Part shown: positions 1 to 8,580 of the stretch, piece by piece
Layout: each line of letters starts with the position of its first letter
Numbering within the stretch: the stretch's first letter is position 1
DNA from: a virus
UHGV virus genome: UHGV-1652841
Length of the DNA: 18,432 nt
Reading direction: 5' to 3' (one strand)
Made by a program: the position numbers and the translations under genes
The notes under the pieces: generated by a model
The model's input: only the letters and a program-made list of their open reading frames with translations
Database searches by the model: none
Told to the model about the DNA's origin: nothing

Positions 1-1
1 G

Positions 2-406
2 ATTATCACCATCGACGCCAGTGTGATGAAGGGCCGCAAGATTCATGTTGTTCCTATGTCAGACCAGGTGGATGAACTTCTCACTACGCTAAGCTCCATC
101 ACTAAACCAGTATCAGAGTTTGTTTTTGCCGGGCGCAACGATAAGAAGAAGCCAATCTGCGAGAACGCGGTATTGCTTGTGATCAAACAAATCGGCTATG
201 AAGGTCTGGAAAGCGGTCACGGATTCAGGCATGAATTCAGCACGATTATGAACGAGCACGAATGGCCTGCTGACGCTATTGAAGTGCAACTGGCACATGC
301 CAACGGAGGTTCTGTACGTGGAATTTACAACCATGCTCAGTATCTCGATAAGCGCAGAGAAATGATGCAATGGTGGGCGGACTGGCTTGATGAAAAGGTG
401 GAGTGA
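2..406 (+). CDS. Tyrosine integrase, P4-like family, C-terminal part (gene begins left of the window)
   Basis: Translation ...HGFRHEFSTIMNE...QLAHANGGSVRGIYNHAQYLDKRREMMQWWADWLD resembles the catalytic C-terminus of P4-type integrases (R-H-R-Y region, NHAQYL/RREMMQ motif). Frame is open from position 2; stop at 404-406. Confidence 0.85.
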   Translation: MITIDASVMKGRKIHVVPMSDQVDELLTTLSSITKPVSEFVFAGRNDKKKPICENAVLLVIKQIGYEGLESGHGFRHEFSTIMNEHEWPADAIEVQLAHANGGSVRGIYNHAQYLDKRREMMQWWADWLDEKVE

Positions 407-728
407 TCCACCTTAACCCATATCGAATAGAACAAAGTCTTGCAATCCAGTGCAAAGCTTTGTGCGCCTAAGTTTTGTCTAAGCGTTCTACTGAAAACAT
501 AGTAAAATCGGTAACGGCTGGAAATCATTCAATACTCGCACTATCGAAAGTTCGCCAGCCAGCCGTGGCACGTTCTTGCATACGACGTGCTACGGTTTCA
601 TTTATCTCCCGAAACTCCATTTGGATTTATCCGGTGCGCCGTAAAACCCCGTCCTTCAGGGCGTGGAGGATGTCAACTGGACGCACTGGAGCTGGTCGAT
701 ACTTCCGGTGCGCCAGATATTGAATGGC

Positions 729-1337
729 CTACGCCTCCGGCAGTTCAGGCCAGATGACATCCGGCGCGGTGCTGGTATCTGTTGCCGTCACCGCGTCAAT
801 GTAATCCAGCGCAGCGTTAAGTCGGGCGGTTTCTGCCTGCGTCAGATTCCGTCCGGCCCGTAATTTCAGCTGAATCAGACTAATGGAAGCCATTGCTGCA
901 TCAATCAGTGACTGGCGCTTTACTTCTGCCGCGTCTAGTGCGGCACTATGCTGTGCATCGGCATCCGTCACCCATTTTTGGCCATCCCATTTGTCGTATG
1001 GCGTATCAGGTGCTTTGGTGGTGGTTCCTTCCGGGTATTCTCCCAACTGTGAAACTGCCACAGGTTCTCCAGTTTCCGTGCTGTAAACGGTTTCGCCGCG
1101 ATGGTCTGCAACATATTCCCAACCGGTCAAATCAGCCGTCCGGCAAACAGCAAAGCCGTCCTTTTTGCTGATTGGCGCATCCACGCACGAATTGCCTGGA
1201 ACACCAACGCCAACGGGAAGATATTCAACAGATAAACCGATATATTCACGCGTCACGCCATCGTAATTATAAACAGTGATAACCCCAGATTCCGTGGCGA
1301 ACCCGTTTTCATCCAGGTTGATTTCTTTTGTGGTCAT
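729..1337 (-). CDS. Tail fibre assembly protein (Tfa chaperone)
   Basis: 202 aa; position directly downstream of the fibre gene; C-terminus ...DVIWPELPEA typical of Tfa proteins; start ATG overlaps the fibre stop. Confidence 0.8.
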   Translation of the reverse strand: MTTKEINLDENGFATESGVITVYNYDGVTREYIGLSVEYLPVGVGVPGNSCVDAPISKKDGFAVCRTADLTGWEYVADHRGETVYSTETGEPVAVSQLGEYPEGTTTKAPDTPYDKWDGQKWVTDADAQHSAALDAAEVKRQSLIDAAMASISLIQLKLRAGRNLTQAETARLNAALDYIDAVTATDTSTAPDVIWPELPEA

Positions 1338-2203
1338 TATACCGCCCTTACAATGTAGTTGAATGCAATGTTGCGCGGACGGGTTTCTGAGCCGCCCACT
1401 TCGACGGTTGGTCGAGTATCGAAATTTACTACTTTCCCGCTTGCATCTGCTGAAACAAGGTCATAGCCCCCAGTAGGATCAAAGGCGCTTAACCCCCATG
1501 TGCGATCAAAGTTATGGCTGTGGGATTTAAACTCATCGTTCTGAGTAGACAGTAAACCGCGGCCATTATCCACACCGCGCCCGTCATCCCAGCCACGAAT
1601 AAACTCACCACGTAAATCAGGCAATTTATTTGTCGGATAAGCCTTTGCTAGTTCCGGATATTCTTCAGCAGAAAAAGCCGCACCATTGCATTTCAACCAG
1701 CCTGTTGGCGGAGTGGCTGAAGGCCACGGAACAGGCACCCCAACAGGTAATGCTGAGCCTTCTCCCAAACCAAGGTATGTGAGAATATCAGCAATAGTAT
1801 TTTTCCCAATAATGTCACGGCCAACAGAAGTTAAATCAGTCTGCGCTGCTGTATCATTTCCAGTGAAATATGGGAGTTTATTTGCACCTGTTGCGAGCCC
1901 AGCTAATGCCGACAGCGTGGCATCAAGCGCCTGGAAATCTTTCCCGAAAGCGGTCCCCATTTTGGATATAAACCCGTTCAGGTCTCCATCATCAAGCACA
2001 TCCAGCCCGCTTTTGTTGGCGGTGTACTGCGCCAACGCTGCCGCGATAAAGCTGGCTTGCCGAATAGCTTTGTTGACCTGTGCGCTGGATGCTTTACCTG
2101 CCGTAAACCCTGAAAGCAGAGCCGGAAGTGCTTCCCAGTCAGCTTGTGAGGTGACGTTAGCGTTCGGATCAAGCGCGAAAGGTTTAAAGTTGTTTATTGC
2201 CAT
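1337..2203 (-). CDS. Tail fibre protein with collar-type domain
   Basis: Contains GWLKCNGAAFSAEEYPELAKAY...LPDLRGEFIRG (tail collar signature) and C-terminus NIAFNYIVRAV. Probable start is the second Met (MAINNF...), coupled to the upstream stop by TAATG; the listed ORF extends to 2221. Confidence 0.8.
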   Translation of the reverse strand: MAINNFKPFALDPNANVTSQADWEALPALLSGFTAGKASSAQVNKAIRQASFIAAALAQYTANKSGLDVLDDGDLNGFISKMGTAFGKDFQALDATLSALAGLATGANKLPYFTGNDTAAQTDLTSVGRDIIGKNTIADILTYLGLGEGSALPVGVPVPWPSATPPTGWLKCNGAAFSAEEYPELAKAYPTNKLPDLRGEFIRGWDDGRGVDNGRGLLSTQNDEFKSHSHNFDRTWGLSAFDPTGGYDLVSADASGKVVNFDTRPTVEVGGSETRPRNIAFNYIVRAV

Positions 2204-2883
2204 TAGAGTATTGTCCCCCATGCTCCAACATCGAACCCGCCGATGTATTCGTTATCCATATCAAACCCAAAGAATTTAGAGCCTTCTGACGGTGTTTCTA
2301 CCGAAGGCGTTTCAACATCACCGGCCCATACGCCAGCTGATTTAACGGTGAGATAGCCCTGTTTGATAGCGGCGATCAGTTCGAGAGACACATCAGAAAT
2401 ATCAGTTTCAGGGAAAACCCAGACCGAAATCGTCATGTCCTGGTTGTCGACGATCTGCATCCTCAGGCCTGAGCCTGCGGTAGCAGCGTCAAGGATGGGA
2501 GGCAGAGAGTCGTTCCGACCGTCCCAGTTGTTGATAGCGATTTTCGCTTTCAGAATGATGCGGTACGTCTCATCGCTTAGCGTCGTATAGCCAGAATCAG
2601 GATCATATGGCCCTTGCCAGATGCCCTGGTCATACCCAAGCCCGTCAGTGTCCAAGCTGAAATAAACTCCGCTAATTGGCTGGCTGACTATGCGACTGCG
2701 TCCGATCCACAGACCGAGGATGTCGAGCTGTACACCGACAGCAGTATCGATATCGAAGGCTGTTATAAGCCCTGACATAGTGCTGGACACATCAATCAGC
2801 GGGCAGGTGCTCAGATCTATATGGTCAAAAAAGAGTGGCTTGGTAGCGTGGTAGTTAGTGATCAGTTCGGTGTATTTGCTCAT
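2203..2883 (-). CDS. Tail/baseplate protein, gpI-like (DUF2612-type), fibre attachment
   Basis: 226 aa; sits between the baseplate J-like gene and the fibre gene, as Mu gp48 / P2 gpI does; overlapping start/stop coupling with neighbours. Confidence 0.55.
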   Translation of the reverse strand: MSKYTELITNYHATKPLFFDHIDLSTCPLIDVSSTMSGLITAFDIDTAVGVQLDILGLWIGRSRIVSQPISGVYFSLDTDGLGYDQGIWQGPYDPDSGYTTLSDETYRIILKAKIAINNWDGRNDSLPPILDAATAGSGLRMQIVDNQDMTISVWVFPETDISDVSLELIAAIKQGYLTVKSAGVWAGDVETPSVETPSEGSKFFGFDMDNEYIGGFDVGAWGTIL

Positions 2884-4079
2884 GAGGTCACCGTGATACT
2901 GATATTCGCGGTGCTACAGGACGCTGAAGCATCATAGGCAATATCAATGTTTGATGCCGATACGCTGCCAGACGACTTACCGATCAGCAGGTCGGTAATA
3001 TCGTAATAGCGGGCATTCCCGCCGCTCACAACGCCGAGGTTTGCCGGGGAATAAATACGGCTCAGCAGAACGTCGTCGCCAATTGTTAGGCCATTTATAT
3101 AATCGGCAACAGCCTGTTTAATCTGCTCGCCGATTTGAGAGGTATAGCCGGTAAAAACTTTCAGGGTAATGGCTACGAAAATTGGCACATCGGTAGAGCG
3201 CGAAAAACTGATGACGTGAGGATTACCATAAGTATCCGGCACTGTGACAGAAGTTTTACCGTAAGTTGCGGTTCCCTGCCCTTTATTCCCCCTGATGGTC
3301 TGGGCTATCTCGGTAACATCCCCTCCATCGACGATGGCGGAAATAGAGTGTGGCGGCAGCCCGTTGCTGTCGGTTGCCCCAGTATCGTTCTTATATAGTT
3401 TGTGACGTGTCACGCCAGCAACATTAGCGATAGCACCGTCGACACCTTCAAACGGTGTGATCGATGGTAGCGCGACGCTTTGCCCCTGCCGAATGCGCAG
3501 CTCTGCGTCGGTTTCGGCTGGTGAACCGACAGTAGCCGCAACTGGATTGGTTACCGACACCCAACCTCGGGTCGGGGTGTTGATAGTGGTAATAGTCCCG
3601 GCCAGCGCCGCAACCGAACCGCTATTCGCACATGTGGCCGTCACCAGCACAGTACCATCAACGCCGATCGCTACACTTGCGGGAAAATTCCAGATAATGC
3701 CGTTTTTATCCCGTGCGGAGCCATTCGTGATAGTCGTGCCTGCCGTACCGGTTAACAGAAGGTCAGCAGTAGAGTTTGTCGCTACTTTTCGCGTGATCCC
3801 GTTAATTTTCACATTGCTGCTAAGCGCTGCGGCCTGCGCTGTCGTCGGTGAAAAAGAGTTGTAGATCCCGATAGCGGTGTTGTTAGCGTCATGCACGGCA
3901 AGAGCCACCAGCGCGACCATCTGCCCGTCTTTGCTGTCTGGTTCGAGGTAGGCATCACTACCGTAAATCTGCCTGAAATAGCTGGTCAGTGTATCTAGGA
4001 TTGTCTGGTAATCAGGCGCACTAATCCCCTGGGCGGTTACCGTTGCCGATAGCCCCAGCGTGTCGAGGTTCAAAGCCAT
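2880..4079 (-). CDS. Baseplate J-like protein (Mu gp47 / P2 gpJ family)
   Basis: 399 aa; order in the tail operon after the W-like gene; N-terminal region resembles baseplate J family; ATGA-type overlaps on both sides. Confidence 0.75.
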   Translation of the reverse strand: MALNLDTLGLSATVTAQGISAPDYQTILDTLTSYFRQIYGSDAYLEPDSKDGQMVALVALAVHDANNTAIGIYNSFSPTTAQAAALSSNVKINGITRKVATNSTADLLLTGTAGTTITNGSARDKNGIIWNFPASVAIGVDGTVLVTATCANSGSVAALAGTITTINTPTRGWVSVTNPVAATVGSPAETDAELRIRQGQSVALPSITPFEGVDGAIANVAGVTRHKLYKNDTGATDSNGLPPHSISAIVDGGDVTEIAQTIRGNKGQGTATYGKTSVTVPDTYGNPHVISFSRSTDVPIFVAITLKVFTGYTSQIGEQIKQAVADYINGLTIGDDVLLSRIYSPANLGVVSGGNARYYDITDLLIGKSSGSVSASNIDIAYDASASCSTANISITVTS

Positions 4080-4433
4080 TTATGCCTCGCTTGTTACAGT
4101 CGTCTGGCCGTAGATTGTGTCAATGGAGGAAGTGAAGGTGACGCGACGGCTGGTGCCGTCATAATTGGTATCGAAGGAAAGAATCGACAGAACGCCCGGT
4201 GTATCCTGTATGCGTTCGCGTATAGCCAGGATGTAGACATCTGATCGCTGCTTCCCAAGCACTGACTGAACATACGGCGTGCCTTCCGTCAGATCGAGAA
4301 ACCACTGACCGCGCCACAGCTCGAAACGGGTTTTTACGGCCTGGGCGACACATTCCGGACTGTCGATAAGGAAAGTATCGTCACCCTGGCCGAAAGTGTA
4401 ATCGCCTTCAGTATCTTCGCGACGGTATCGCAT
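4080..4433 (-). CDS. Baseplate wedge protein, gpW / Mu gp46-like
   Basis: 117 aa ORF between the spike and J genes; size and position match the W-like baseplate component. Confidence 0.55.
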   Translation of the reverse strand: MRYRREDTEGDYTFGQGDDTFLIDSPECVAQAVKTRFELWRGQWFLDLTEGTPYVQSVLGKQRSDVYILAIRERIQDTPGVLSILSFDTNYDGTSRRVTFTSSIDTIYGQTTVTSEA

Positions 4434-5173
4434 TATTGCGGCCCTCCGGTAGTTCCCCCGCCAGTCTGTACTCCGCCATGTTTATGCGTGGCGACACTGA
4501 TACCAGAAGCTGTTACGTCATTCGTTACCGTCACCGGCCCAAGCATCGTCGCAGTACCGCCGCTTTCGCCCATTCCCTGAGACAAGTTGCCATTAATCGT
4601 TACGTTGCCGTTCAGCGTGATAGTCGGGGATGTGATTGTCGTTCCACCTTCAGCCGTAGCTGTAAGCTGGCCCGGTGTTTTAATGGTGATGTTATGTCCT
4701 GCGGCGACTTCTACAAACGCCGCACCATCATCGGTTCGCAGCTGCGCGGCGCTGGTACTGATACCGCTGATTTTCCGTGCTTGCGACTGTGGGCCAACGA
4801 TGGCGAACGCATCAGATAAGTCATGCTGGCGCGGGTCGACGGTCTCCTGCACGCCGCCGCTCTGCCACCAGAAATCGATGCAACGGTCGGCAAAGAGCAG
4901 CAGGCACTCGTCGCCTTCTTTAACCGGAAAAGTCAGCGTACAACCGCCGCCACGCGGGAAGATAACCGGCACATCCACCAGCGGTTTTAATTCGGTGGAG
5001 CCATCGCCAACGATACCGCGAAGCGCTACCTCTACCGTGCAGGTAACAGTGTCAGGATCGAACGACTGAATGATGCCGGGCATCGCTACGCGCATCTGGG
5101 TAGACACCGAATCGGCAATGGCCTGCGCGGTCTGCTGCTCACCGCCGATCTGTGATTGAGTTGGAATTGGCAT
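4433..5173 (-). CDS. Baseplate spike / assembly protein V-like (Mu gp45 family)
   Basis: 246 aa; N-terminal region (GIIQSFDPDTVTCTVEVAL...) followed by a Gly/Thr-rich repetitive C-terminus (TITSPTITLNGNVTINGN...GGGTTGG) typical of gpV/gp5-like spikes; GGGGG Shine-Dalgarno-like stretch 5 nt upstream. Confidence 0.75.
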   Translation of the reverse strand: MPIPTQSQIGGEQQTAQAIADSVSTQMRVAMPGIIQSFDPDTVTCTVEVALRGIVGDGSTELKPLVDVPVIFPRGGGCTLTFPVKEGDECLLLFADRCIDFWWQSGGVQETVDPRQHDLSDAFAIVGPQSQARKISGISTSAAQLRTDDGAAFVEVAAGHNITIKTPGQLTATAEGGTTITSPTITLNGNVTINGNLSQGMGESGGTATMLGPVTVTNDVTASGISVATHKHGGVQTGGGTTGGPQ

Positions 5174-5181
5174 AAAACCCC

Positions 5182-5208
5182 CATAAAAAAACCAGCCGAA
5201 GCTGGTTT
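5182..5208 (-). terminator. Intrinsic terminator-like hairpin on the minus strand, immediately upstream of the spike gene start
   Basis: Perfect 8-bp stem AAACCAGC / GCTGGTTT with 4-nt loop, followed on the minus strand by TTTTTTTAT. Confidence 0.5.
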
Positions 5209-5395
5209 GGTATCAATTATCTCTTAGTAACTAAGCTACATCAGTGTGAAGTAAGGCTTTTCCGCTGCAATGGCACACATTCACAATGTGTATTAGGATA
5301 TGTTTGCAACAAGTAAGCATTGAAAATCAATTTCAGCCATGAAGCCGCCATAGAGTGGACCTGCACCATCGCATTATTGACTACAGGAGTAACAA

Positions 5396-5686
5396 ATGGG
5401 ATTTAGATTTCGTAAAAGAATCCGGATTGCGCCCGGACTCGCGATCAACATTAGTAAAAGCGGAGTAAGCACTTCAATTGGTGGTAAAGGTTCCACCATT
5501 AACATCGGGAAAAAAGGCGTAAAGATGACAAATGGCCTTCCCGGCACGGGGCTGTCGCATACCACTAACCTTTACTCTCCCGGGAAATCGACAGAAAAAA
5601 AACAACTTACTCATAAGCAAAAAATAATTAGAAACATCCTGTTCGTAATTATTGTGTTTATTATAATTAAAGCTCAATATTTTTGA
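5396..5686 (+). CDS. Small tail-anchored membrane protein with DUF4236-like N-terminus
   Basis: 96 aa; N-terminus MGFRFRKRIRIAPGLAINISKSGVSTSIGGKG...GLPGTGLS matches the DUF4236 pattern as I recall it; C-terminal hydrophobic segment ILFVIIVFIII; AGGAG 8 nt upstream of ATG; AT-rich gene on the opposite strand to the tail operon. Confidence 0.6.
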   Translation: MGFRFRKRIRIAPGLAINISKSGVSTSIGGKGSTINIGKKGVKMTNGLPGTGLSHTTNLYSPGKSTEKKQLTHKQKIIRNILFVIIVFIIIKAQYF

Positions 5687-5691
5687 CGCAT

Positions 5692-5722
5692 GCCCGCCTA
5701 TCTGGCGGGCTATTTTACTTTT
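5692..5722 (+). terminator. Intrinsic terminator downstream of the DUF4236 gene
   Basis: Stem GCCCGCC / GGCGGGC with 5-nt loop, followed by TATTTTACTTTT; lies between two convergent genes. Confidence 0.5.
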
Positions 5723-6600
5723 CGGCAGTCGTATGTTGCATACTGGCGCGGCGCGTCTATGCTGGCCTGCAACCACTGTGCGTTGAGAATAGCTTTTCCG
5801 TTGCGCTTGATGTACTCAAGCCCAACCCAGCGGCCGGGTTGATTAGTGGCAGCCATCCACTCCATCTTGATGTTATCCGGTTCCCCTTTGGTGCTACCAC
5901 CAGAGCCGATTGGGCTAATTTTTTGCGTCTCTGGTTTTGCGCCATTAATTCTGGCCCAACCATCAGCAGAAGACAGATCAATCGTATAAGGACCACAGAC
6001 TGTTTTGTAATTCACGCCAAGCTTTTCGTTACTGTGAACATTACTACTTTTCTCGTAATCAGCCTTGGCTACGTCGTTCATTTTTTGATAGATGGCAGGT
6101 TGCTTCAGCGATAACTCATTTAGCTGTTTTACAAAATTTTCTCGTGAAACCTCTGCAAGCCCCATGGGTTTTCTATCAATGATATAATCATCATAAATCT
6201 TTAATACAACAGCCGAAGAAGAAAGTTTCTTAGCTAAATCATTTACAAAATTGAGATAATTTAGCTGAGAATTATCTCTTACATCGATAGCCCTAACTCC
6301 ACCTGTGCCGTACTCATGATATGCAGCATAAAAAGCTGGTATATTCTCCGGCTTTTTATTGATTGCCTTAATCAACCCGTCAGGACCACAGATCTCGCCA
6401 CTCCAGTCAATTAGTGACTTCCCTTTAGATTTCCATGTCTGACAATCATCTGTCGATAAAATTACTATCGGCTGCCATCCTGGACGTCTTTTGTACTCAG
6501 CGTTCTGCGCGGAATTAAAGCCTGCACTCGCGCCCCCGGATAAGAGCAACCCGGAAAGAAAAAGTGCGCTATATCGAATTCCGTTCTTATTTGTACCCAC
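5710..6600 (-). CDS. Secreted/periplasmic protein of unknown function (moron cargo)
   Basis: 296 aa. GTG start immediately after the TAA stop of the hub gene, preceded by AGGAGGAAA. Predicted signal peptide (basic n-region, hydrophobic core YSALFLSGLLLSGG, ASA-GF cleavage-type site). Lys-rich and AT-rich relative to the flanking tail genes. Confidence 0.7.
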   Translation of the reverse strand: MGTNKNGIRYSALFLSGLLLSGGASAGFNSAQNAEYKRRPGWQPIVILSTDDCQTWKSKGKSLIDWSGEICGPDGLIKAINKKPENIPAFYAAYHEYGTGGVRAIDVRDNSQLNYLNFVNDLAKKLSSSAVVLKIYDDYIIDRKPMGLAEVSRENFVKQLNELSLKQPAIYQKMNDVAKADYEKSSNVHSNEKLGVNYKTVCGPYTIDLSSADGWARINGAKPETQKISPIGSGGSTKGEPDNIKMEWMAATNQPGRWVGLEYIKRNGKAILNAQWLQASIDAPRQYATYDCRKVK

Positions 6601-7668
6601 TTAATTTCCTCCTGAGCGAGCTATAGTCGACTGGCTAATCAGGTCACGAGCCCCACGCGCAAAACACATCAAATCCATGTACCACGCCTGACCTCTGGTG
6701 TCACCAGTATAATCGATAGCTTTGACGATATAAACGCCATCTGTCGCAATGCTGGCAGCCTGTGACGTTGTGCCGGTCAGTACGCGGTTGCCGTTCTCTT
6801 CTGTTTCGGTGATGCGACCGGGCGACTGTGCTATTTCGCTATTACCGAGCGCGGCGCGGTACACCGAAGCCTGATCGAGCTGGATAAGACCATTAATACG
6901 GATGTTTGGGTTTATCAGGCACCGCACGTTTACTCCGCCGCCCATCGTTTGTTGCGGCATACCGATCAGGCCAGTATCGGCATTCAACACAATGGCTTCG
7001 TGAATATATTTATCCTCCGGCACCATCTGGACCTGACCATCCACCAGCTGCCATGTCGCTTTGCACTGCGCAGCAATATTATCCATCACGTTACGGGTGG
7101 ATGAATAAATCGCACGGCCACGAGGAAACACGGTATCAGGAAAGTCACCGGTAATGCCCTGCGTCACGCCGAACGCGTTGAAATCCTGCATAGTCGCCCG
7201 GTGCAGGTCCGCAACGGTATAACCAGCGGCAAGCGTGGTGATGGTAGTCGCGTAGAGGAACGCTTCGTGGTTACTGATGGCCTGAATCAGCACCCAGGAA
7301 TCGGTGATGTTGTCCTTCCCGGTGACGGTGAAGCGAATATCACCGTCAAATATCAGGCCGTAGTTCTGACCGTTCACCTGCCCTACCTGGTCTGGTGAAA
7401 TCTCCCGGGCGACACCAACCTGGCTCGCATCAACATCCGGCGCAATACCGTCATACCCGGCAATGATGCGAATTTTTGCAAACTCCTGCCCCAGTATCTT
7501 GTTCGTGGTATCGGTCGAAAGGTTGTAAATTTTCACGTTCGCCACGCGTGGCCAGCGTGTGTCTGCCCACTCGATCTGGAACGTGACCTTAAAGTCAGAC
7601 AGGGAAACGCCCTGCCCGTTCTGGTCCAACAGTTGCAGCTCAAAATGGCGCATCCAGTTAAGAGACAT
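6601..7668 (-). CDS. Baseplate hub / tail protein (Mu gp44 / P2 gpD-like)
   Basis: 355 aa; size and position (after the tape measure and small tail genes, before the spike in the ancestral order) match the hub protein. Confidence 0.6.
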   Translation of the reverse strand: MSLNWMRHFELQLLDQNGQGVSLSDFKVTFQIEWADTRWPRVANVKIYNLSTDTTNKILGQEFAKIRIIAGYDGIAPDVDASQVGVAREISPDQVGQVNGQNYGLIFDGDIRFTVTGKDNITDSWVLIQAISNHEAFLYATTITTLAAGYTVADLHRATMQDFNAFGVTQGITGDFPDTVFPRGRAIYSSTRNVMDNIAAQCKATWQLVDGQVQMVPEDKYIHEAIVLNADTGLIGMPQQTMGGGVNVRCLINPNIRINGLIQLDQASVYRAALGNSEIAQSPGRITETEENGNRVLTGTTSQAASIATDGVYIVKAIDYTGDTRGQAWYMDLMCFARGARDLISQSTIARSGGN

Positions 7669-7670
7669 TT

Positions 7671-7976
7671 CTACTCCTGTACGAAAATGAGGTGGCTGTA
7701 TGTGCCGAGGTTGGTTTTGGTGGGCTCGTCTGGTGCGCCCTTATCGGTCGCCACCACCAGCGCGCCATCAATGCCAAGCTGTGGATATTGTCGTAAAAGG
7801 TTTACGCCGGTCAGTAGAGGTACGCCAGAGAGAAGCGCGGCACCGCCGCTATCCATCACGTCCATAATCCAGCCAGCCGCATCACGTCAGATGATCCTGA
7901 GTGTATACGTGGTATTGCCCAGCAAAACGCGGAACTGCTGATTGTCAGGAGAAAGCGGTATTTCGTTAAACTGCAT
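7671..7976 (-). pseudogene. Small tail gene with an in-frame TGA (codon 30 of 101); nonsense pseudogene or two mini-ORFs
   Basis: One continuous frame from ATG at 7976 (overlaps upstream stop as TGATATG) to the stop at 7671, just before the hub start, interrupted only by TGA at 7887-7889. Conceptual product MQFNEIPLSPDNQQFRVLLGNTTYTLRII*RDAAGWIMDVMDSGG... Confidence 0.4.
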
Positions 7977-7977
7977 A

Positions 7978-8580
7978 TCATCCCCCGAATGCTGATGTAA
8001 CGCTTCCGCCCAGCTGGCTCAGCAAGGATTCGTTTGGCGGTGTAGTGGATTTCATCCCGGAATTCTGCACCGCCGATGTGCTGACGCCATCCTGCATATC
8101 TGATTTATCTGCAACGCTAACGCTCTGCGTCTGCGACATGATCACTTCACGCAGGGTAAGCGTGCAGTTCAGCACGTTCTCGCTGGTTTTATCCGTTGTC
8201 ACCTCGATGGCTCGCACCAGCATATTGCTGTAAACCCGCTTTCCGGTCACTACATCGAACGGCACCCGAGAGGACTGGAGATCCAGTAGTTGCTGATAGG
8301 TCTCTTTCGGGCTAAGTCCGGCGCTGAGGCCGATTGACGATGTATCAATGAAGTCCAGCAACGAACCGCCACCTGCGAAGCCGCATTCCATCGTGACTTC
8401 GCTGGGGCGCTTATACGCATGATCGGCGATGAAACCCGACGCGCTATTCGTTGTTGGCTTCTCCACCGGGTGCTCAGTAATTTCGAGCGCATCAGAATGC
8501 TTTTCGGAAACGACCACGCTGGGGATCAGCAGGCCAATTCGCCGGGATTGCTGGCGAAAAATCGCTGATAAAATATCCAT
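7978..8580 (-). CDS. Tail protein occupying the position of the Mu gp43 (DNA circulation-type) gene
   Basis: 200 aa; start ATG overlaps the tape-measure stop (TAATG). Family assignment is uncertain; the call is mainly positional. Confidence 0.45.
   Translation of the reverse strand: MDILSAIFRQQSRRIGLLIPSVVVSEKHSDALEITEHPVEKPTTNSASGFIADHAYKRPSEVTMECGFAGGGSLLDFIDTSSIGLSAGLSPKETYQQLLDLQSSRVPFDVVTGKRVYSNMLVRAIEVTTDKTSENVLNCTLTLREVIMSQTQSVSVADKSDMQDGVSTSAVQNSGMKSTTPPNESLLSQLGGSVTSAFGG

Noticed and set aside
475-863. ORFs 475-723 (+) and 663-863 (+) in the integrase/tfa gap
   Set aside because: No ribosome-binding site and Arg/Cys-rich low-complexity translations; the second overlaps the tfa gene antisense. 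Treated as non-coding junction DNA.
729-2203. Invertible tail-fibre segment with DNA invertase (Gin/Cin/Pin-type)
   Set aside because: No invertase gene, no inverted alternative fibre C-terminus or second tfa on the opposite strand, and no flanking inverted repeats were seen.
1686-2279. 197-aa + strand ORF, and similar long antisense ORFs at 3457-3864, 4587-5069, 9195-9764, 9205-9666, 11717-11992 and 15885-16184
   Set aside because: All are embedded antisense within minus-strand genes that have strong family signatures and translational coupling; they have no SD and no recognisable motifs, so they are most likely frame artefacts.
5757-5996. ORFs 5474-5776 (-), 5757-5996 (-) and 5683-6114 (+) inside the cargo island
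   Set aside because: They overlap the better-supported DUF4236 and 296-aa genes in alternative frames, without start-site signals.
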